From NCBI GenBank assembly GCA_002104945.1, contig MCFH01000012.1, positions 62,001 through 126,000 of the forward strand: 64,000 nt of DNA. The letters are read 5' to 3'. Source of the DNA: Piromyces finnis finn. Lineage: Eukaryota > Fungi > Neocallimastigomycota. Below the pieces are notes generated by a model, which was given only the letters and a program-made list of their open reading frames with translations, did no database searches and was not told the DNA's origin. Each line of letters starts with the position of its first letter. The stretch's first letter is position 1. The position numbers and the translations under genes are program-made. This document shows, piece by piece, positions 53,446 through 64,000 of the stretch.

Positions 53446-54105
53446 AATATAGTTTTTTTAAAGAAGAATAATATTTATAATACTTATAATATTTATATAT
53501 ATTGTGATAATGAATTATAATAATATTACATATGAATGTAGGAATATATGGGTGAGAACATCTATGTATATTTAATCATTAATGACACCTTATTAATAAA
53601 CTTATAAATTGAATAAAAAAACTATAAATTAAATCTATTTAATATTTAAATTAATAAAAAAGTGTTAAAAGAAAAGAGAATAAAAGGGTAGAGAATATGT
53701 AAGTTTTTGCCTTCTACTTTTTTTTTTTTTTTGTTTCTTTATTTCGATCGGAAAATAAAAATTTTAAAATTTTTAAAAATTAAATTACATTATTTAATGC
53801 ATTACATTATTTTAAATAAAAAATGTAAATGTATTTAAATTTTTATTTTTGATAAAAGGCAATTTATTATCCAATAAATTTAAAATTATGGTTTAACCCC
53901 ACAATTTTAAATTTCAAATGGATGATAATTTTTAAATATTTTCACCATAAAATCATTTCAATTAATGATAAAACATGTGAGATCATATGATTTGATAACT
54001 GATGATTGATTGAAATTATATGGATTGATACTTCTTTTTAAAAAAATATATAGGTAATAATTTTTTTTTTTTTTTAATTTTCACTTAAAAAAATCAATTT
54101 TAAAG

Positions 54106-56516
54106 ATGACTGTTAAGCAAAATTTAATAGAAAAAATTGTTCAAAAGTATACTTTAGATCTTCAAGAAGGTCAAAAAGTTAAATCTGGTGATTTCATTTC
54201 AATCAGTCCAGAACATGTTATGACCCACGATAACACTGGTGCTGTCATGAAGAAGTAATTTTTATTTTATTTTAAATGAATATCGAAATATGAAAAGGAT
54301 AATAAATTAAAATATTATTTTTATTTTATTTTTTTTTTATATAATTATTACTAATAATAATAATATAATTAAAATTATTAATATGATTTTATATATGTAT
54401 TTCTTATAAATCTAATATTTCATATTAAACTTTATTAAAAATTCGAAACATTAAAGATTCAAAGAAATTGGTGCCCCAAAATTCAATGACCCAAAGCAAC
54501 CAATTTTCGCTTTAGATCACGATGTTCAAAACAAAAGTGAAAAGGTTTATTATAATTGAAATAAATATATATATAGTATATATAAAGTCTAATTATTGGT
54601 CAAATTTTAACATATTTTTTTTTTTTTTAATGTATAAAATTATATATCTATTTATTTTTAATAAAATGAACAACGATTTATTTTAATAAAATTATAATAA
54701 AAGAATTTAGAAAAGTACAAGAATATTGAAGAATTTGCTGCCAAATACGGTGTTGACTTCTACCCAGCTGGTCGTGGTATTGGTCACCAAATTGTTGTTG
54801 AAGAAGGTTACACTTTTCCATACGCTATGACTGTTGCTTCTGATTCTCACTCAAACACTTACGGTGGTATTGGTGCTCTTGGTACCCCAATTGTCAGAAC
54901 TGATGCTGCCTCTATCTGGGCTACCGGTAGAACTTGGTGGCAAGTTCCACCAGTCGCCAAGGTTGAATTCAAGGGAAAATTACAACCAGGTGTTACTGGT
55001 AAGGATGTTATTATCACTTTATGTGGTTTATTTAACCATGATGAAGTTTTAAACTGTGCTCTTGAATTCACCGGTAATGTTGAACAATTTTCTATTTCTG
55101 AACGTTTAACTATTGCTAACATGACCACTGAATGGGGTTGTTTAGCTGGTGTTTTCCCAGTTGATCAAGTCACCATTGATTTCTACAAGGATCGTGCTGA
55201 AAAGGTTTTAAAGGCTGGTATTGCCAAGCACGGTGCAAAATTCGTTCACCCAAGAATTACTATGAAGAGAATTGAAGAAATTGTTAACAATCCAATTGTT
55301 CCAGATGAAGGTGCTGATTATGTTAAGCACATTGTTGTTGATTTAGATTCCATTATTCCACATGTTGCTGGTCCAAATTCTGTTAAGGTTTCTACTTCAA
55401 TTCCACAAATTGAAAAGGAAAAGATTACTGTTCACAAGGCTTACCTTGTCAGTTGTGTTAATTCCCGTACCAAGGATCTTCATGAAGCTGCTGAAATTGT
55501 TAAGGGACACAAGGTTAAGGAAGGTGTTGAATTCTACATTGCTGCTGCTTCCTCTGAAGTTCAAAAGGAATCTGAAGAAAGTGGTGATTGGAATACTTTA
55601 ATTGAAGCTGGTGCTATTCCATTACCAGCTGGTTGTGGTCCATGTATTGGTTTAGGTACTGGTTTATTAAAGGACAATGAAGTTGGTATTTCCGCTACTA
55701 ACCGTAACTTCAAGGGTAGAATGGGTTCTCCACTTGCTAAGGCTTACCTTGGTTCCCCAGCTGTTGTTGCTGCTTCCGCTATTATGGGTTACATTTGTGG
55801 TCCAGGTGCTATTAATGGTACTACCTACGATGATATCCCACCAGTTGCTGAACTTACTACTCCAAAGATTGAAAAGACTGCTGCTGCTGCCGGTGGTCAA
55901 GTTGTTGAAGGTTTCCAAGGTACTTTAGAAGGTGAACTCGTCTTCTGTGATGCCGATAACTTAAACACTGATGGTATCTACCCAGGTAAATACACTTACC
56001 AAGATGATATTCCAAGAGAAACTATGGCTAAGGTTGTTATGGAAAATTACGATCCAGAATTCGCTGCCCAAGTTCAAAAGGTAAAATAATAATATTATAA
56101 ATAATAAAAAGGTAATTTGTAAAATATTAATATAAAATATATAAATATAGAACGATGTTGTAGTCGGTGGATTCAACTTTGGTACTGGTTCTTCAAGAGA
56201 ACAAGCTGCTACTGCTTTATTATATGCTGGTATTCCATTAGTATTCTCAGGTTCCTTCAGTGAAACTTACAAGAGAAACGCTATTAACAATGGTTTATTA
56301 GTTCTTGAAACTCCAGAATTAGTTCAAGATTTACGTGAAGCCTTCCCAGAAAAGGTTTTAACCAGAAGAACTGGTTGGAAGGTTAAGATTGATTTAATTA
56401 ACGGTAAGATGGAAGTTGAAAATGGAAAGACTTACAACATTCCAACTGTTGGTACTGCTGCTCAAGAAATTATTGTTGCTGGTGGTTTAGAAAACTGGGT
56501 TAAGAACAGAATCTAA
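54106..56516 (+). CDS. LYS4: Homoaconitase (alpha-aminoadipate lysine pathway), multi-exon
   Basis: [64 protein letters not shown], [4Fe-4S] cysteines LVSCVN and [44 protein letters not shown]. Confidence 0.95.
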
Positions 56517-57155
56517 AGAGTTTCTAAATAATCCTTGAAATGAAAAACAAACGAAAAAAAATAATAAATGTGTATAATGTAATATATATATTTATTTTGT
56601 TAAATTTAAAGCTTAACGAAAAAAGAAAATTGAAAAAAAAAAATATGTGATATTATATTATGAAATAAGTCATATTATATAATTAAAGTTAAAAAAAAAA
56701 AATGCATATATATATATCATGACAACGAATCAAGCAATTAAAATCCAAAATAAAATATAAAAAAAATTATAAAAAAAAAAAAAAAAGGTGTATCATTTGT
56801 TGTTGTTGTGCGTTATTTAAATCTTTTGATAAAAGGCAAAAATTTAAAAAAGGTTGCTTAAAATTTAATTTTAGTATAATTTTTAGTTTTAATTTTATTT
56901 TATTTTATTTATTTATTTATTTATTTTTTTTTTTTGAGTGTAAACTTAAAAAAATTACTGCTACTTCTGACTTTTTTTTTTTTTTTATTTTTTTATTATT
57001 ATTTTTTTTTAATAATAAAAATAGGAAACTGTTTTTATTATAATTTATTATAATGAAAATAAAATATATATAACTTTAAAAAATAATAGATCAATTAATT
57101 ATTTAAATAATAAACTATTTTTTTTTTAAAAAAAAAAAAAAAACTTTTTTAATAT

Positions 57156-58899
57156 TTATATTATTAGTGTATTACTATTGCTATTGCATTTTTTTTTTTT
57201 TTTATTTAAAACCCAAAAAGATGTAAACTTAATAATCCATGATTTGGTAAAGATGTTACTGGTATAAGACTAATAGATGGTGTCATTGATTTATCACTTT
57301 GATAATACTTTATAATTTCACATTCTTTATGGATAACTAAAAAATTTATATTTATATATAAATAAAATTTTTTTAATAAATAAAAATTCTTAAGTATTAT
57401 AAAAAAAATTTTTTTTTTTATTAATATATACCTTTATGTAAAATTGATCTAGGAGTGGAATCTAAATAAAATACTTGTAATTGAATAGCATTATCTTTAA
57501 TATGGAGTGATTTAATACCTTCGGATAAACTATTTAATAAATTATGAATCACAGTTTCTAAAGTTTCTTTATTATAAACCACAGTTTCATCTTTTTTTTT
57601 TTTTTTTTTAATATATATATATGGAATTAATAATTAAAAAAAAAAGGTATTATTTTTTAATTTGTTTTTTTTTTTTTTTTTTTTTTTATACATTTTTATA
57701 ATTGATAAAATACCTTTTAAGCTAATACTTGAAACAAAATGGAATACAGTTGTTTTTCTAAGACCAAAAGTAGTTATATCATATTTATCACCAACTTCAT
57801 CATGATTATATTCAATTAAATCTCTTCTCTTATCATATTTAACATTTGTTTCATTGTCTATAATATCATCTAATTCTAATTCTAATTCTAATTCTTCTTC
57901 ATCGGTATATACGGTTAAATCGTTGTTTTTATTATATAAAACTAGTTGCCATTCAACTTTGGATCCCTTTGGTAAATTAGGAATACAAACAAAATTTATT
58001 GGAATGGAAGAGTTCTAGTATATTTAGAGTATGTGGGATGAAAATTTTTATTTATAATATTTTTATAATAATATTATTATTAGTGACATTTATTTAAGTT
58101 TTTATAATGATATTATTATTACTACTATTATTTATCATTTATCATCATCATTATTATTATTATTATTTTCCCCTGCTTACCATAGATTTCTTCCATTCTT
58201 CTTGAACATAAGTAAAGTAGGTAGATTTTGTTACATAACAAGTACAATAAACAGCATCATTTCTCATATTAAATGGTAAAACATCAACAATATTATTTAA
58301 ACTATGTAAAGATAAGATAGTTTCACTTGCAAGTGATTGTTCTTCGGTATCACATTCTGGTAATTCCAATTTGCATGGGATGAGGCCAATTTGTCCAGCA
58401 ATAAAACCACAACCATTGAAAATAACAGATTGACTGTATGGACCTATATTGGCTGGTCTATTTTATTTTATTTTTAAATAATAATCATAAATAATTACCA
58501 ATTTAAATATTTGACTCAAAAAAAAATATTTAATTATATTAATTCTTTTTTCTAATAAACTTACGCCCAATAAGAAATACTTTGAACATGCATACATTGT
58601 TTCTTTTCAGATGGTATATTATTACATATACAATCAATTGAAATGTTTTTATTTTCAGAAAGGTTTACAGAAACACATACTCTATGAAAAATATAATATA
58701 AATATTATATAAATATTACTATAAAATGATATAATATTATATAAATATTATATAATAATTTTATATATACCTTGGTGGTGGATTGATTGAGAAATAATTT
58801 TTATATATACTATTAACACTATTGAAATCAGACATATTTTTAACGTATACAGTCATTAAAACAATATTTGACCAAGAATAACCATTCTTTTTTAAATTT

Positions 58900-58930
<31 letters not shown>

Positions 58931-60982
58931 GTTTTGTTTTGTTTTGTTTTGTTTGTTTATTTGAAAATAATTAATTATTATAAATTATAATAGTAAAAAG
59001 AAGAAAAAAAAATATCATTAGTTGATTTATTAATTCAAATATTTTTATAATAATAATAATTTATACCATCAATAATTTCCATAACTTCTTTTGTTTCATC
59101 TTCAATATTATCATATTTATTATTAGCAGTAACATTGGATAATACAAGATATGGTTCCTTATTATATATCGATAATTCATTATTATCATCTTTAATACAA
59201 CAATAAAATGTTAATTTTTTTAATCTTTTTTTTTTTTTTTTTTTAATAAAAAAAATAAAAAAAAAATAAAAATTTATATATGGCTATTTATTATATAGTT
59301 ATGTGCACACATACCTGTTAAACCACTAGTGTCATTATTATCAAACTTTATTATATTTTCATTTGATTTTGGTAATATTGGAGGAATAATTTCTAAATCT
59401 TTATAATATGAATTTCCTAATAAAGTTTCACGAATATCATCAGTTAATTCACAACTACCGGTTTTATCTTCAAGATGAACTTTTTTAAATCTTAAATTGC
59501 ATACTGGAGCAAATGCTTCTCCATATTTATTTACATCATATTCATCTCTTTTTTTTATTTTTAATATAAAAGAAAAATCCTATTAATTATATCGCTCTAT
59601 TAAATATTACAATTTATTTGATTTATTATAATAAATATATATTTACACCACAATCTTCTTTGAAAAAAGTGGACAATCAACTGTAAAAGTTTCGTATTCA
59701 CCACCTTCACCACATGGATTATTTCCATATTTATCCAACTGTTGTATTTTTTTAAAAATATATATAATATAGTATTAAAGAAAAAAAAATAAGACCCATT
59801 ATATAATATGTTAATTATAAATCCAAACAACTGTTATAACAAATAATAATAATAATTAAACCTACAAGTTCCATAAAATAGTCATACATTTCCCCTAAAG
59901 TTTTATTCAAGTGTGAAGCATTGAGGCCTAATGATATAAATATACATATAATTATGATAATATGTATTATAATTTTAATATTTTTTCTTCCTTATTTCTT
60001 ATCATATAAAAGAGATATATACCAATTGCAGCAACTTTTACTAAAACTGATGTTAACTGGCATTCAATCATATCTCTTAAAATTTTAGGTTGTTCAATTC
60101 TCCAAAGGAAAGCGAAAGCTTTGAGATTAAGTCGATTACATCTTTTTTTTTTTTTATTATTTTATATAATTTGATTACTCTTTTATTTTAAAAAAGTTTA
60201 AAAATATATAAATATTTTATTACATACATGCTTTCAACTCTAACACGTTGAAAATTGGAAAGAATAGCACCAACTGATACACCTTCAATTTCTGGATGTT
60301 CAGTCTAATATATACATGGCAAATAAATAATTTTAAATATATAATTTGATTTATAAAATATATTGTCTTTTTTGTAATAATAGACTTTTTTAAATTATCG
60401 AAAAATTATTTTTTAATATATTATATAATTACTTTAATTTTCAATAATAAATTATATAAATCTTCGACTTCATCATTTTTAGTTGGAACATAGTCAAGAC
60501 CATCAACAATACAACCACCTAAAATATCATTTTGATATAAAGGAATACCCATACATTCTGAAATGTATTTAATTCCATCATAACCAACGGTTTGATACAT
60601 ATAACTATCAAGCTCATCTACATATTAAATAAAATAATAATGTTCGGGTCATAATGGGATTAATGGTAGAAATTCAAATATTTATTATCATTATTTATTT
60701 GTTGTTATTATTATTATTATTATTATCATTATTATTTTTATTTTTATTATTACATTTATGACTAGATTCTGATGGTTTTAAATTAGCTAAAGCGACAATT
60801 TCATGACCATTGGCAATGCAATGCATCATATTAAAGCAACTGTCCTTTCCTCCACTTTTTATTATAAATTAAAGAAACAAACAAACAATAACTTTAATAT
60901 AATCATATATATATATTTATGGTTTAAAATTTTATTTTATTAAGTTTATTTTATTATACCTTAGTAATGCAACTAATTTCAT
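57156..60982 (-). CDS. DPH6: Diphthine--ammonia ligase with C-terminal RidA/YjgF-like domains, multi-exon
   Basis: MKLVALLS/GGKDSCFNMMHCIANGHE, YQTVG, VGAILSNFQRVRVES, HVQSISYWA/PANIGPYSQS, AGQIGL, FVCIPNLPKGSKVEWQ. The 3' end crosses a T15 homopolymer and is uncertain. Confidence 0.9.
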
Positions 60983-61126
60983 TTTTACATATATAATTAC
61001 AAAAAAAAAAAAAAAAAAAAAAAAATTATTAAAATTTTAAAATTTTATTTACATTTATTAGTGGCGTATTAACAATAAGCCACATCTGAAAACTTTATCT
61101 TTTTTTGTTAAAAAGAAGCTTTTTTT

Positions 61127-61404
61127 TTAATCTCGAATAAAGAAAGCTTCAAAAGTTTTAGTTTTATTTTTTTCCTTTTCAATTTTATATTTCATTTCTT
61201 TAGCAATTTCACTTATAGTTATTATTATTATTATTATATTAGTAAATTATTTATTAATAATATTATTATTTGAAAAAAAGTTTATAAAAAGCATAATATT
61301 TACTTTGCACGATTCGCAGCATTATCCATTGGAGAAACTTTTAATGGATTTTCGTAGACTAATTTAGAATTTCTTTTATTTTTTTTAAAAGATGAATCTT
61401 CCAT
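61127..61404 (-). CDS. Small two-exon hypothetical protein (61404-61304, 61211-61127), about 61 aa
   Basis: MEDSSFKKNKRNSKLVYENPLKVSPMDNAANRA/NEIAKEMKYKIEKEKNKTKTFEAFFIRD*. GT-AG intron, GC-richer than the flanks, family not recognised. Confidence 0.45.
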
Positions 61405-61913
61405 ATTATTCAGAAAAAAAAAAAAAAAAGAGAGAGAGAGAGTGTGTGTGTGTATTACTACTTGATGGAATAAAATTATTTATTAAATTGAAATTCAAAC
61501 AGAGAAAGAAAAAGAAAAGATACCTTTTATTTTATATTTGTTTCTTAATAAAAATTTATACTTTTTCATTCTTTTTATACAAAATTTGATTTCAATACAC
61601 ATTTTTTAATTACTTTTAAGGTGTTATTTTTCATTTAATAAAGATAGTATAATGTTTTTTAAAAATGAATAAAAAAAAAAAAAAAATAAAAATAAACTTG
61701 GTGTTACATTTAATAAGCTTTTTACTATTTATTTATTTTTTAACATTAGAATTATCATTAATTTTTTAATTACATATAACGTCGTCGTTATTTAACAGAA
61801 TGTTTTAATAAACAGATGAATTATTTTTATAACATTTTTTGTTTTATAAAAGGTATGAAATTTTTTAATATATTTTTTAATTATTATTATTAAAAAAAGG
61901 ATTATATATAAAT

Positions 61914-62032
61914 TTAAAATCCTAAAGATTTTTCGACAGTTTTTCTCACTCTATTGTCAAATTCTTCACGATTATTTCTGTACATTTTCTTTTGAATAGA
62001 AATATAAAATAAGTAAATATTAATAGTTTAAT

Positions 62033-62065
<33 letters not shown>

Positions 62066-62225
62066 TAAATTATAAAAAAAAAACTTACAGCAGCATCAAC
62101 ATTTGCTGGACTTTCATCATTTGGTTCTTATTTATTTTATTAAATATAAGTTATAAGATAATTTATTAAGATTATTTTGTATTAAAAAAAAAAAGGAGTA
62201 TAATAATATATTCTTATTCTTATTC

Positions 62226-62257
<32 letters not shown>

Positions 62258-63561
62258 TGCTAACATACTGACAACACTCAATAAGATTTTTTCAACACTT
62301 TGTACTGGACTCCATCTTTCATTACTACTTTCATACATATTTGGATCATTACCCGGTGCATGAAGAATAGAAATGCAAACCTTGCCATTCTTATATACTT
62401 TTTAAAATTAAATTTTACTTTAATGTTTTATAATTATTATAATATAATATTTTTAATAATTACTATTTGGATGCCACATTTCACAAGTAAATTCCATGAC
62501 TGGAGGACTTAATGGATAATCATTTGGAAAAGTAAGTATAGCTGGAAAAATACCACCTTCATATGGAGTCTAATAAAATTTATAAATCTGTTAAAAATGT
62601 TTTTTCTTTCCCCCTTTTTCTTTTGAATACTTTTTTTTTTTTCGAATATTGTGTTATTATATTATTGTTGTTGATAAATTTACCTTTTCTGGTCCTCTAT
62701 TGATTTTTTTTTTTTTTAACAATTTTTGAATTATTAATTATTAATATATAGATAAATTGTTTAATATGAAATTTTTATAAAAAATATAAAGCAATTATTC
62801 CTTTATAATGTTTACTTATTAGAAATTTGTATTAATACTTACGAAATTAAAGCTTCCCACTTAACATATATTATATTATTAAAATAAATGAATAAATAAT
62901 TTTAATTTCACAATTACTTTGTATTAAATATAAGTATTTATAATTATAATTGTTTATTTAATATTATATTTACTTTGAAAAAATCTGTTTCTGATACTGG
63001 ACCAGCAATTATACCTTCTGGAGCATTTAACGTTAATTCTTTATAAAAAAATATAATAATATAATAAATAATATAGATTGATAAATAGATAAATAGATTG
63101 ATATATAATTTTTGTTAATAATTATAAATTTTTTTTTAAAAAAAATTTTAAACAAAAGGATACTTTATTGATAAGTTTTGTTGTAAAGTGTGCTTTATAT
63201 TATTATTATTATTATTATTATTTTTTATAATGTCAAGTATATAATATTTCATATACATTATTAGAATCCAAATTTAATATTTTTATTTTTAATTAAATAT
63301 ATCAATATATTGTTTTGTTTTAATTAAAAATATTTAGTTTTTAATAGTCCTTCCTTCTCTTTGTTTATCTTTGTTTAAGTTGATAATAATCTTTAAAATG
63401 TAATTTTTTTTTTTTTTTTTAATCTTAACTTATTTTTTAAAAAAATAATTGTGATTAAAATGATTTTGATTAACTATTTCCCCCTCTTTCCTATTATGAT
63501 AATAACCTTTATATTCTGTCATTAAACGTTTTAATGTAGTACTTCTTTGTCTGAATGACAT
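61914..63561 (-). CDS. UBC7: ERAD ubiquitin-conjugating enzyme UBC7/UBE2G2, 7 exons including 17-nt and 13-nt microexons
   Basis: [104 protein letters not shown]. Confidence 0.96.
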
Positions 63562-64000
63562 TTTTCTTTTTTTTTTTTTTTAAAGATATACAAAAAAAAA
63601 TAAAATATAAATTTTAAAAATAATAAAATATTATATTAAAAAAATTTTTTTTTTTTACCTATTAATACAAGATTTAATATATAAAAAAATATAAATATTA
63701 ATTTTTAAATGATGGAATACTACATGATATTTGAAATGGGGAAGGTTTAAAAAATGATATTGATATTCTTTATTTTCTAATAATATAAAAATATTATATA
63801 AAAGTAAGAAAAAAAAAGAATCAAATGTATTAATAAATAAAATGACTTTATTCTTTAAAAAACTTTTTAATATTCTTCTTTTGATTGAATGATAATAATA
63901 AATGTCTATAAAACAGAAAATAATGAAATAAGAATATATTAATAAAAAAAAGAAATAAAATAAAATAATATATATATACACTTTTACATATATAATATAT

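Noticed and set aside
54834-56176. Several ORFs overlapping LYS4
   Set aside because: Shadow frames caused by strong codon bias.
61060-61090. Possible C/D snoRNA (GTGGC...GCCAC stem followed by CTGA)
   Set aside because: No box C (RTGATGA) found, and the stretch is better explained by the small minus-strand ORF.
1-64000. A functional gene cluster linking the RGS protein, the G-alpha-like microprotein and GH39
   Set aside because: The microprotein is about 20 kb away with unrelated housekeeping genes in between, so there is no evidence of clustering. No tRNA or rRNA genes were recognised in the window.

Overview
Extremely AT-rich, intron-rich eukaryotic DNA, almost certainly an anaerobic gut fungus (Neocallimastigomycota): an intronless GH39-type enzyme carries two fungal CBM10-type dockerins. 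Reading splice sites by eye gives about 15 host genes, several absent from the ORF track because their exons are short: RAB3GAP1-like (partial), tropomyosin, DOP1, GIR2/RWDD1, RBM18-like, RIB3, a multi-repeat Jupiter/HN1-SPIRAL1-like protein, a multi-TM RGS protein, GH39-CBM13-dockerin, FIS1, AP-3 beta, RXT2-like, eEF1-gamma, LYS4, DPH6 and UBC7. There are also two unidentified small spliced ORFs. The accessory material is the most interesting part: (1) a decayed, intronless D5-like SF3 helicase of large-DNA-virus or Polinton-like type at 27.56-29.35 kb, with a repeat block and hairpin nearby; (2) a nested LINE pile-up at 49.56-52.47 kb, where two LINE families sit inside one 15-bp target duplication and one family has inserted twice into its own relic at TTTTG; (3) a 273-bp MITE with about 41-bp TIRs; (4) a predicted 73-aa MGC-acylated microprotein resembling only the G-alpha N-terminal helix. 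All family calls come from motif recall, not database searches. Exon boundaries are hand-derived and long homopolymers may contain assembly errors.
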